Positions 41,501 to 51,204 of a stretch of 64,000 nucleotides of DNA are shown here, piece after piece. The DNA comes from Sphagnum compactum (Eukaryota), in assembly GCA_965153455.1 (NCBI GenBank), contig OZ234493.1:4898001-4962000 (forward strand), given 5' to 3'. Both the position numbers and the translations under genes were made by a program. How positions within the stretch are numbered: position 1 is the stretch's first letter; every line of letters begins with the position of its first letter. The notes below the pieces were generated by a model. The model saw nothing but the letters and a program-made list of their open reading frames with translations. It searched no databases and was not told where the DNA came from.

Positions 41501-42461
41501 CTATGTGGACGACCTCATTTTGGTGTGGAACGATCAAAACAAACTTTTGCAAATCAAAGAGGAATTGAGTCAAAAGTTTGAAATGAAGGACCTGGGGGAG
41601 TTGCATTTCTTTTTGGGGATGGAGGTGGAAAGGAATCGTGATGAAAGACTCTTACGCATCAACCAAATCAAATACCTCAAGGAAATATTAAAGCGGTTTC
41701 GAATGGAAGAATGTAAGCCCATTGGAGTTCCATTGGATCCCAAGGTGAAGTTACAAAGGAATGTGAATGGAAATGATGAATCAAAGGGATTTCCATATCA
41801 ACAAGCGGTTGGGTCTTTGATGTATGCCATGTTGTGCACACGACCCGACTTGGCATACCCAATAAGCGTGTTGAGTCAACACATGGCGAACCCTAACATG
41901 GAGCATTGGATGGCCGTCAAACGAATCTTTCGATATTTGCAAGGTACATTGCAAATGAAATTACAATTTGGTGGAACACCATCCAAGGAAGTTCTTGGAT
42001 ATTGTGATGCGGATTGGGGTGGTGATCTTGAAGATAGGAGGTCCACCACAGGGTTTGTTTTCATGATTGGAGGTGGAGCGATTTCTTGGAGTAGCAAACG
42101 ACAACCCACAATAGCATTGTCCACCACGGAGGCGGAATACATGGCGAACACGCAAGCCACAAAAGAAGCCGTATGGATCACAAAATTGATGATGGATTTG
42201 GGATACATGGAGGAGAAGAAAATGATGGTGATTCGATGCGACAATCAAGGTGCGATATCATTGACCAAGAATCCCACTCACCATGCACGAACAAAACACA
42301 TTGATGTACAACATCATTTTGTTCGAGAACGAGTTGAAAATGGAGAAGTAGGATTTGAATATTGTCCAACGGAACACATGGTGGCGGATGTCCTTACTAA
42401 GGCATTATCTAAAGAACGACATCATAAGTTGATAAACATGTTCGGATTAGAAACTTCATAG
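38547..42461 (+). CDS. Copia F Gag-Pol polyprotein (gag, CCHC, PR, IN, RT, RNase H), uninterrupted ORF
   Basis: ATG at 38547 (the ORF track starts at the upstream TTG, 38514). CFYCKKPGHFVRNC, DSGAT, HTDVCGP/SDNGGE/AER DDE core, YVDD, YCDADWGG. Copia domain order, IN before RT. Confidence 0.95.
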   Translation: MSSFQMESLKVMEKFDGGNFHLWKFKMRMMLSKHGLWKFVDGSVTLPSEEVARADYNEKETKAFALLCEHLTDAQLAHIQYCDNVRSAWEALCGVHEAKTIGNKLFLRRRFFTIKMQEGDDMLVHINTVKALADQLRSIEVNITDEDVYMVLLMSLPPSFDNLVTSLESMSTKDVDLQFVLARLLHEVSKRKECENSETTALVNKTHKPNEKLCFYCKKPGHFVRNCLKKKNDEKEKVNQACEDHEQMFVAALSANDHTTNHWIVDSGATQHMTFEQEWFTTYERISPRRVFMGDDTVLEAIGKGSIKATLQVGGQLTHTTITQVLHVPKMKNNLISVSKLISEGFKVEFDKDGCKVNDARGVVVAQARRDKNLYLLNVKVRKDMAHIANSLEESAMLWHERLGRLNMASLKELDAMVDGMNLKEVPLHHICEGCVKGKHQRTSFPKDGATRASQLLEIVHTDVCGPMKTTSHGGARYFLTFIDDFSRKTHVYLLKAKGKAFEKFKQYKALVENEIGHKIKVLRSDNGGEFVSKKFDAFLAECGIQRQTSAPYSPQQNGVAERANRTIMECARSMILAQGLEFQFWGEAENTAVYIKNRCPTKALDSKTPQEAWSGRKPDVSHVRVFGCKAFAHVPDEKRTKLDSKSMPCVFLGYYESTKAYRLMCVKTKRIIKSRDVVFIERSKEIGGVPHLEKEENVVVHEEVEREEPLAFSQDRPLSETRMEGVQSESTPSSSSEEEFVVSNDNPSCEPSQDIARERPQRQRREWPRDWWIATKEVERATVAFLEEPQNIEEALTCENSKEWECAMREEYDSLMTNNTWTLVPLPAGRKPVSCKWVFKIKQGANGEVERYKARLVARGFTQTYGVDYNETFAPVAKFASIRCILALAALEDMEIHQMDVKTAFLNGELEEEIYMEQPQGFVHQGGEHLVCKLHKSLYGLKQSPRAWNQKLDAFLKSIEFIKSEADPSVYVAQVGDVKFFIVVYVDDLILVWNDQNKLLQIKEELSQKFEMKDLGELHFFLGMEVERNRDERLLRINQIKYLKEILKRFRMEECKPIGVPLDPKVKLQRNVNGNDESKGFPYQQAVGSLMYAMLCTRPDLAYPISVLSQHMANPNMEHWMAVKRIFRYLQGTLQMKLQFGGTPSKEVLGYCDADWGGDLEDRRSTTGFVFMIGGGAISWSSKRQPTIALSTTEAEYMANTQATKEAVWITKLMMDLGYMEEKKMMVIRCDNQGAISLTKNPTHHARTKHIDVQHHFVRERVENGEVGFEYCPTEHMVADVLTKALSKERHHKLINMFGLETS

Positions 42462-42866
42462 AGTGGGAGTGTTAGAAATACTATTCGTTTCTAATTCCCA
42501 ATGTTGATGAATGTGTTAAACATTCATCAAAAGGATGAATAGTATACACATCCTTGTAGTTGTTAGGTTAGGGTTTAGAAGTGGAGACTACTTAGGGTTT
42601 GGCGGCAACTAGGGTTAGGGTTAGGCGGCGGCTAGGTTTAGGGTTTGGTGGCGGCTAGGGTTAGGCGGCGGCTAGGGTTAGGGTTTGGTGGCGGCGAGGT
42701 CAGGGTTAAGTTGTGGCTACTTTAGGGTTAGGAGATATTATATAATGGAGTGGTTTTGAGTTGTCTTTCATTCTTTCCTTTCATGGTTGTTGAGTGCACA
42801 TAGAACCTTCAAGCTTTGTTAGTTGTTGCAAGCCATAGTTTTATGATTGTAGCATTTGAAGCATAC

Positions 42867-45800
42867 TATTAGAAATACTATTCGTTTCTAATTCCCAATG
42901 TTGATGAATGTGTTAAACATTCATCAAAAGGATGAATAGTATACACATCCTTGTAGTTGTTAGGTTAGGGTTTAGAAATGGAGACTACTTAGGGTTTGGC
43001 GGCGGCTAGGGTTAGGGTTAGGCGGCGGCTAGGTTTAGGGTTTGGTGGCGGCTAGGGTTAGGCGGCGGCTAGGGTTAGGGTTTGGTGGCGGCTAGGTTAG
43101 GGTTAAGTGGCGGCTACTTTAGGGTTACGAGATATTATATAATGGAGTGGTTTTGAGTTGTCATTCATTCCTTCCTTTCATGGTTGTTGAGTGCACATAG
43201 AACCTTCAAGCTTTGTTAGTTGTTGCAAGCCATAGTTTTATGATTGTAGCATTTGAAGCATACAACCTTTGTAATCTTCTTCTAGTTAATACAATTGTTC
43301 CATTTCATGAACCTTGAGTGTTGCATTTCTTGCTTGTTTTCAAGTTGTTTCCAATAGGTTATGGGCCCACACCAAGCAAGAGAAAGGACATTGTGTTAGA
43401 ACAAGAAGTAGTGAAAGGTTTGAGCTTGTATTGCTTAGGAAAAAGGAGAGAATCCTTTTGAGACAAGGTTCTTTGTTTGCAAAGGGAGAGAGAGTTCATT
43501 TCCAACTGGTGCCATACAAGGAGCTTGCAACTTTTCCAAGTGAGTGGGAGGTGTGGAAGAGACTTCTTCAAAGTGTTGTAAGTTCTTAAGTGTGGAAGAG
43601 TGTTCTTCAAGTCTTTAAGTTTCAAGTTTGAAGTTCAAAAGTGTGAAAGAGAGTTCTTCAAGTTTTTGAGGTTTCCAACATTGAAGTTTGAGGTGTAAGA
43701 GAAGTTTTTCAAGTTTCTTGTAAGGTTTTTAGGAAACTTGTTTCGTTTAAGTTTTTTGAAAGTGTTTGCTTGTACAACATTGAAAGGGAGAACCCTTTTG
43801 AGGGAAGGCTTTTAGTTTGCAAGGTTGCAAAGAGAATAGTCTTACAAGTGAGTGAGAGGTGTGGAAGAGATTTCTTCAAGGTGTTGTAAGTTTTTCAAGT
43901 GTGAAAAACTTGCTTTTGAAAGTATCAAGGTTTTCCAAGTGAAAGTGTTTGGAAGATAGTTCTTTTAGTTGTTGAAAACTTCAACTTTCAAGTTTGAGAG
44001 TGTTTGTTGTAGCATTTGTGTTCAAAATGTCTTCTTTTCAAATGGAGTCCTTGAAAGTCATGGAGAAGTTTGATGGTGGCAACTTTCACCTTTGGAAGTT
44101 CAAAATGCGCATGATGCTTTCCAAACATGGGCTTTGGAAATTTGTTGATGGGAGTGCCACCTTGCCAAGTGAAGAAGTTGCAAGGGCCGATTACAACGAA
44201 AAAGAGACCAAGGCTTTTGCATTACTTTGCGAACATCTCACGGATGCCCAAGTTGCACACATTCAATATTGTGACAATGTGAGAAGTGCGTGGGAGGCTC
44301 TTTGTGGTGTGCATGAAGCTAAGACCATTGGCAACAAGTTGTTCCTTCGAAGGAGATTCTTCACCATCAAAATGCAAGAAGGAGATGACATGCTTGTGCA
44401 CATCAACACGGTGAAAGCCCTTGCGGACCAACTACGTTCCATCGAGGTGAACATTACGGATGAAGATGTTTACATGGTACTCCTCATGAGCCTTCACATG
44501 ACATTCGAACAAGAATGGTTTACCACGTACGAGCGCATTTCCCCAAGGAGGGTGTTCATGGGCGATGACACCGTTTTGGAGGCCATTGGCAAGGGGAGCA
44601 TCAAAGCCACATTGCAAGTGGGAGGCCAATTGACACACACAACCATCACCAAAGTTCTTCATGTTCCAAAAATGAAGAATAATCTCATTTCGGTGAGCAA
44701 ACTCATTTCGGAAGGTTTCAAAGTGGAGTTTGACAAGGATGGTTGTAAGGTCAACGACGCTCGAGGAGTTGTTGTGGCGCAAGCACGAAGGGACAAGAAC
44801 TTGTACCTTCTTAATGTGAAGGTGCGTAAGGACATGGCACACATTGCAAATTCTTTGGAGGAAAGTGCGATGCTTTGGCATGAAAGACTTGGCCATCTCA
44901 ACATGGCAAGCCTTAAGGAATTAGATGCCATGGTGGATGGCATGAATTTGAAAGAAGTGCCGGTGCATCACATTTGTGAAGGATGCGTCAAAGGCAAATA
45001 TCAAAGAACATCATTTCCCAAGGACGGAGCAACGAGGGCTTCACAACTTTTGGAGATTGTGCACACCGATGTGTGCGGGCCAATGAAGACTACATCGCAT
45101 GGTGGAGCGCGATACTTTCTCACTTTCATTGACGATTTTTCAAGGAAAACTCATGTCCATCTTTTGAAGGCCAAAGGAGAAGCGTTTGAAAAGTTCAAAC
45201 AATACAAGGCCTTGGTGGAGAACGAAATTGGTCACAAAATCAAAGTGCTGCGTTCCGACAACGGAGGAGAATTTGTGTCTAAGAAATTTGACGCATTTCT
45301 TGCGGAATGTGGAATTCAACGACAAACAAGTGCGCCCTATTCCCCACAACAAAACGGTGTTGCGGAACGTGCCAATAGAACAATCATGGAATGTGCAAGA
45401 AGCATGATTCTTGCACAAGGGTTGGAACTTCAATTTTGGGGCGAAGCGGTGAACACGGCGGTGTACATCAAAAATCGATGTCCAACCAAGGCTCTTGATT
45501 CCAAGACCCCTCAAGAAGCGTGGAGTGGTAGGAAACCCGATGTGTCCCATTTGAGAGTTTTTGGTTGTAAGGCCTTTGCACATGTCCCCGATGAGAAGAG
45601 GACCAAATTAGAGTCCAAGTCCATGCCTTGTGTGTTTTTAGGATATTACGAAGGCACCAAAGCGTATCGCTTGATGTGTGTGAAAACCAAGAGAATCATC
45701 AAAAGTAGAGATGTTGTGTTCATTGAAAGGTCAAAGGAAATAGGTGGTGTACCTCATCTTGAGAAAGAAGAAAATGTAGTTGTGCATGAAGAAGTTGAGC

Positions 45801-48094
45801 GAGAAGAACCATTGGCCTTTAGTCAAGATAGACCTTTGAGTGAAACAAGAATGGAAGGTGTGCAAAGTGAATCCACACCAAGTTCTTCATCGGAAGAGGA
45901 ATTTGTTGTTTCCAATGACAACCCATCTTGTGAACCTTCACAAGATATTGCGAGGGAAAGACCTCAAAGGCAACGAAGGGAATGGCCTCGGGATTGGTGG
46001 ATTGCTACCAAAGAGGTGGAGCGCGCCACCGTTGCATTTTTGGAGGAGCCCCAAAATATTGAAGAAGCACTGACATGTGAAAATTCCAAGGAGTGGGAGT
46101 GTGCGATGCGAGAAGAATATGATTCCCTCATGACAAACAACACATGGACTTTGGTACCACTTCCCGCCGGTAGGAAACCCGTTTCTTGCAAATGGGTGTT
46201 CAAAATCAAACAAGGCGCAAATGGGGAAGTGGAACGCTACAAGGCTAGATTAGTAGCAAGAGGTTTTACTCAAACCTACGGAGTGGATTACAACGAAACT
46301 TTTGCGCCGGTCGCAAAATTTGCATCTATTCGTTGTATTCTTGCATTGGCGGCCTTGGAAGACATGGAGATCCATCAAATGGACGTGAAAACCGCATTTC
46401 TCAATGGCGAGCTTGAAGAGGAGATTTACATGGAGCAACCTCAAGGGTTCGTGCACCAAGGAGGTGAACATCTCGTGTGTAAGCTTCACAAGTCCTTGTA
46501 TGGTTTGAAACAATCTCCGAGGGCATGGAATCAAAAGTTAGATGCGTTTCTCAAAAGCATTGAATTTATCAAGAGTGAGGCGGATCCTAGTGTGTACGTT
46601 GCACAAGTGGGAGATGTGAAGTTTTTCATTGTGGTCTATGTGGACGACCTCATTTTGGTGTGCAACGATCAAAAGAAACTTTTACAAATCAAAGAGGAAT
46701 TGAGTCAAAAGTTTGAAATGAAGGACCTCGGGGAGTTGCATTTCTTTTTGGGGATGGAGGTGGAAAGGAATCGTGATGAAAGACTCCTACGCATCAACCA
46801 AATCAAATACCTCAAGGAAATATTGAAGCGGTTTCGAATGGAAGAATGTAAGCCCATTGGAGTTCCATTGGATCCCAAGGTGAAATTACAAAGGAATGCG
46901 ACTGGAAATGATGAATCAAAGGGATTTCCATATCAACAAGCGGTTGGGTCTTTGATGTATGCCATGTTGTGCACACGACCCGACTTGGCATACCCAATAA
47001 GCGTGTTGAGTCAACACATGGCGAACCCTAACATGGAGCATTGGATGGCCGTCAAACGAATCTTTCGATATTTGCAAGGTACATTGCAAATGAAATTACA
47101 ATTTGGTGGAACACCATCCAAGGAAGTTCTTGGATATTGTGATGCGGATTGGGGTGGTGATCTTGAAGATAGGAGGTCCACCACAGGGTTTGTTTTCATG
47201 ATTGGAGGTGGAGCGATTTCTTGGAGTAGCAAACGACAACCCACAATAGCATTGTCCACCACGGAGGCGGAATACATGGCGAACACGCAAGCCACAAAAG
47301 AAGCCGTATGGATAACAAAATTGATGATGGATTTGGGATACATGGAGGAGAAGAAAATGATGGTGATTCGATGCGACAATCAAGGTGCGATATCATTGAC
47401 CAAGAATCCCACTCACCATGCACGAACAAAACACATTGATGTACAACATCATTTTGTTCGAGAACGAGTTGAAAATGGAGAAGTAGGATTTGAATATTGT
47501 CCAACGGAACACATGGTGGCGGATGTCCTTACTAAGGCATTATCTAAAGAACGACATCATAAGTTGATAAACATGTTCGGATTAGAAACTTCATAGAGTG
47601 GGAGTGTTAGAAATACTATTCGTTTCTAATTCCCAATGTTGATGAATGTGTTAAACATTCATCAAAAGGATGAATAGTATACACATCCTTGTAGTTGTTA
47701 GGTTAGGGTTTAGAAATGGAGACTACTTAGGGTTTGGCGGCGGCTAGGGTTAGGGTTAGGCGGCGGCTAGGTTTAGGGTTTGGTGGCGGCTAGGGTTAGG
47801 CGGCGGCTAGGGTTAGGGTTTGGTGGCGGCTAGGTTAGGGTTAAGTGGCGGCTACTTTAGGGTTAGGAGATATTATATAATGGAGTGGTTTTGAGTTGTC
47901 ATTCATTCCTTCCTTTCATGGTTGTTGAGTGCACATAGAACCTTCAAGCTTTGTTAGTTGTTGCAAGCCATAGTTTTATGATTGTAGCATTTGAAGCATA
48001 CAACCTTTGTAATCTTCTTCTAGTTAATACAATTGTTCCATTTCATGAACCTTGAGTGTTGCATTTCTTGCTTGTTTTCAAGTTGTTTCCAATA
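42867..48094 (+). mobile_element. Copia G, very young, inserted in the 3' LTR of F
   Basis: LTRs 42867-43356 and 47605-48094, with only about 2 visible differences; TSD CATAC at 42862-42866 and 48095-48099. Confidence 0.95.
44027..47596 (+). CDS. Copia G polyprotein with an in-frame 115-codon deletion (no zinc knuckle, no protease active site)
   Basis: Open frame; junction LLMSL|HMTFEQ at ~44495; 1200 aa against 1315 aa for F. Confidence 0.92.
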   Translation: MSSFQMESLKVMEKFDGGNFHLWKFKMRMMLSKHGLWKFVDGSATLPSEEVARADYNEKETKAFALLCEHLTDAQVAHIQYCDNVRSAWEALCGVHEAKTIGNKLFLRRRFFTIKMQEGDDMLVHINTVKALADQLRSIEVNITDEDVYMVLLMSLHMTFEQEWFTTYERISPRRVFMGDDTVLEAIGKGSIKATLQVGGQLTHTTITKVLHVPKMKNNLISVSKLISEGFKVEFDKDGCKVNDARGVVVAQARRDKNLYLLNVKVRKDMAHIANSLEESAMLWHERLGHLNMASLKELDAMVDGMNLKEVPVHHICEGCVKGKYQRTSFPKDGATRASQLLEIVHTDVCGPMKTTSHGGARYFLTFIDDFSRKTHVHLLKAKGEAFEKFKQYKALVENEIGHKIKVLRSDNGGEFVSKKFDAFLAECGIQRQTSAPYSPQQNGVAERANRTIMECARSMILAQGLELQFWGEAVNTAVYIKNRCPTKALDSKTPQEAWSGRKPDVSHLRVFGCKAFAHVPDEKRTKLESKSMPCVFLGYYEGTKAYRLMCVKTKRIIKSRDVVFIERSKEIGGVPHLEKEENVVVHEEVEREEPLAFSQDRPLSETRMEGVQSESTPSSSSEEEFVVSNDNPSCEPSQDIARERPQRQRREWPRDWWIATKEVERATVAFLEEPQNIEEALTCENSKEWECAMREEYDSLMTNNTWTLVPLPAGRKPVSCKWVFKIKQGANGEVERYKARLVARGFTQTYGVDYNETFAPVAKFASIRCILALAALEDMEIHQMDVKTAFLNGELEEEIYMEQPQGFVHQGGEHLVCKLHKSLYGLKQSPRAWNQKLDAFLKSIEFIKSEADPSVYVAQVGDVKFFIVVYVDDLILVCNDQKKLLQIKEELSQKFEMKDLGELHFFLGMEVERNRDERLLRINQIKYLKEILKRFRMEECKPIGVPLDPKVKLQRNATGNDESKGFPYQQAVGSLMYAMLCTRPDLAYPISVLSQHMANPNMEHWMAVKRIFRYLQGTLQMKLQFGGTPSKEVLGYCDADWGGDLEDRRSTTGFVFMIGGGAISWSSKRQPTIALSTTEAEYMANTQATKEAVWITKLMMDLGYMEEKKMMVIRCDNQGAISLTKNPTHHARTKHIDVQHHFVRERVENGEVGFEYCPTEHMVADVLTKALSKERHHKLINMFGLETS

Positions 48095-48558
48095 CATACA
48101 ACCTTTGTAATCTTCTTTTAGTTAATACAATTGTTCCATTTCATGAACCTTGAGTGTTGCATTTCTTGCTTGTTTTCAAGTTGTTTCCAATAGAATCTCC
48201 TTCGAAGGAACAACTTGTTGCCAATGGTCTTAGCTTCATGCACACCACAAAGAGCCTCCCACGCACTTCTCACATTGTCACAATATTGAATGTGTGCAAG
48301 TTGGGCATCCGTGAGATGTTCGCAAAGCAATGCAAAAGCCTTGGTCTCTTTTTCGTTGTAATCGGCCCTTGCAACTTCTTCACTTGGCAAGGTGGCACTC
48401 CCATCAACAAATTTCCAAAGCCCATGTTTGGAAAGCATCATGCGCATTTTGAACTTCCAAAGGTGAAAGTTGCCACCATCAAACTTCTCCATGACTTTCA
48501 AGGACTCCATTTGAAAAGAAGACATTTTGAACACAAATGCTACAACAAACACTCTCAA

Positions 48559-50185
48559 CCTTGCACGTTTCGCCACTCCGTTTTGTTGAGGCCTATACGG
48601 TGTGGAGGTTTGTTTCTCAATGCCGTGTGCCTTCAAGAAGCGCTTGAATTCCTTGGAAATGTACTCCCCTTCATTGTCCGACCGAAACACCTTGATCTTG
48701 TGCTCCGATTGTGTCTCCACAAGTGCCTTGAATTCCTTGAACTTTTCCAAGCACTCCCCTTTGGATTTCAACAAGTACACCCACACCTACCTTGAAAAGT
48801 CGTCAATGTACGTCACAAAGTACCTTGCACCACCCAAGGATGTGGTCCTCATGGGGGCACATACGTCCGAATGCACAATCTCCAAGGGCTTGGTGGCACG
48901 CATCCCTCCATTGCTTGGAAATGGTTTGCGATGTTAATTTCCCTCAATGCACCCTTCACAAACAAATGAAGATGTAGGGCAAGGCATGTTTCCAAGGTTC
49001 ATACCACTCACCATGTTTTGGAGCGCATGCACACCTTTGACGTTCAAATGACCGAGGCGGCGATGCCAAAACTCCAATGCACCATCAATTGTTGAAGTTT
49101 GGGCCACGTTGGCCACATGCACCTCACACACCTTGGTGAAGGTCACTTGTTACAAGTTGCCTTCGCGTAGCGCTATTGCAATCACCTCTCCATCAAATGC
49201 CCTCACAATGCACTCAGTCATGTTGAATTGCACTTTGCACCCACTTGACAAGATTTTGCTCACCGAAAGGAAGTTGGCATGCAATTTTGGCACATGGAGC
49301 ACGTCCTTGATTCTAATCTTCTTGGTTCGCCCTTTCACCATCACTTCCACAAGGATGGACCCCATTCCATTGCCTCAACAATGCTATCATCACCCATATG
49401 CACGTTGCGTGTTGGAATTACCTCATACATGTCAAATGCGGCTCTATGAGAGGTCATATGCTTGGTGGCTCCCGAGTCCATGATCCACTTGCATATGGCC
49501 TTGTAATGGTTTCCATCCTTTGTTGCAAAGGAATAGTCATCATCGTCCTTGGCTTTGTTGGCATTCTCCTTCTCCTTGTTGTTCTTGGCCTTGAAGCAAA
49601 ATCGTGCAATGTGGCCCGGTTTGCCACAATAGTGCGTCTTGGTGTCTTTGCGTGTAGATGTGGTCCCTCCTCTTCCTTGCGTTGACACCATCGCTGCATC
49701 GTCACCTTGTGGCTCCTTCTCCCTCCTCTTGGACACTTCATGCATCAATCGTGCGGTCACAAACTCCATGGTGAGGTTTTGCATGGGCAAGGTTTCCAAG
49801 GCGGTGTTTAGGTACTCGTAGGAGGGTGGCAAGCTCTCAAGCAAGGTCATCACAACATCCTCATCCCTCACGGGCACCTCCAAACAAGCAAGTTGATCCG
49901 CAAGCGCCTTGACCTTGTTAAGTGGTCTAGAAGGTCCTCTCCCTCTTGCATCTTGCACGTGAAGAACTTGCGGCGAATGAAGAGGATGTTGGACAAGCTC
50001 CGCTTTTCGTGGATGTTGCAAAATGTCTTCCATGCCTCGGATGGTGGAGCCTCCTCAGACCCGTCGACAATCTCTTAAAGGTCCATGAAGGCCAACACCA
50101 TCTCCATCTTGAACTTCCAAAGATTGAAGTTTACCCCATTGAACTTGTCAATGACTTTAGCGCTCTCTCCCTCAAACGATGCCGT
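48559..50185 (-). pseudogene. Copia E gag-PR-partial integrase
   Basis: KVIDKFNGVNFNLWKFKM, YCGKPGHIARFC, WIMDSGATKHM, WHRRLGHLN..CEGC, SDNEGE..PQQNGVAKRAR. Frameshifted, and ends abruptly at 48559. Confidence 0.88.
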
Positions 50186-51204
50186 TTTGCCATCAAATCC
50201 GACCTTTCTACCCACTTATGCGCTCAACCAAATGCTAATTAGTACTTAATGAGCACTCTTACATGCAATTGCCTCAATGCACTCTCAAATGTGCTTCAAT
50301 CATTCAAATGCACACGAATGCACCTCATAAACACACTCTAGCCCCTAAAAGGCTCAATTGTGTACAAATGCACCTCCAATCACAAAATTTAGCCCTTAAT
50401 GGCTCCCACTTGCATCAATGCCTCCTCAAACACTCAAAATGCACTCAACCAACTCAAATCAAGTGCTCTATGAATCAAATGTGCACAAATACACCTTAAT
50501 GACTCAAATTAGGACTTACAATGTTGGAATGTGCACACATGCACATCCAATGCTTCTAAATACCTCCAAAGAGCATCAATCAAGCACTTGTGCACCTCTA
50601 AACTCCAAATGGCCTCCAAAACCTCAAAGCTCCCCCAAAGCTCTTCAAAACTCCTCCAAGGCTCTAAAAGCGCCTCCAAAACCCTCAAAAGTGCAAACTT
50701 GCACATCCAACACACACAAACCCTAAAAAATCTCTCTCAATGCACACAAGCAATCAAACCTCTAATCATGCAACTCGCATGTGTGGGCCCATAACCTATT
50801 GGAAATTACAAAGGTTATATGCTTCAAATGTTACAATCATAAAACTATGACTTGTAATATCTAACAAGGCTTGAAGCTTCTATGTGCACTCAAAAACCAT
50901 AAAAGAGAGAATAAAAGACTTCTCAAAACCAAACCCTTATATACTATCTACTAACCCTAAAGTAGCCGCCACTTAACCCTAATCTAACCGCCGCCTAACC
51001 CTAGCCGCCACCAAACCCTAACCCTAGCCGTCACCAAGCCCTAATCCTAGCCGCCGCCAAACCCTAACCCTAGCTGTCACCAAGCCCTCTCAAATCTACC
51101 TATGTCTTTGATTGCTTACAACACTTATCTACCACATTGTTTCTACTATCTACCACACCATTATCTATGTTTATAACATCTACATCATAATCTTCAACAA
51201 AATG

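Larger units (their letters stand above)
37387..48192 (+). mobile_element. Copia F, full length, inserted in E
   Basis: 5' LTR 37387-37876; PBS at 37877; 3' LTR 42470-42866 plus 48095-48192 (split by G); TSD GAATC at 37382-37386 and 48193-48197. Confidence 0.95.
36788..51199 (-). mobile_element. Copia E, related family, antisense, truncated and chimeric, inserted in A
   Basis: 5' LTR 50797-51199 (minus; TGTTGAAGA...CCAATA); PBS 50785-50796; partial 3' LTR 36788-~37056; TSD AAATG at 36783-36787 and 51200-51204. Confidence 0.88.

Noticed and set aside
37387-48192. Tandem F-G array sharing an LTR, or an assembly duplication
   Set aside because: The TSD CATAC and the in-register resumption of F's LTR at 48100 show a genuine nested insertion.
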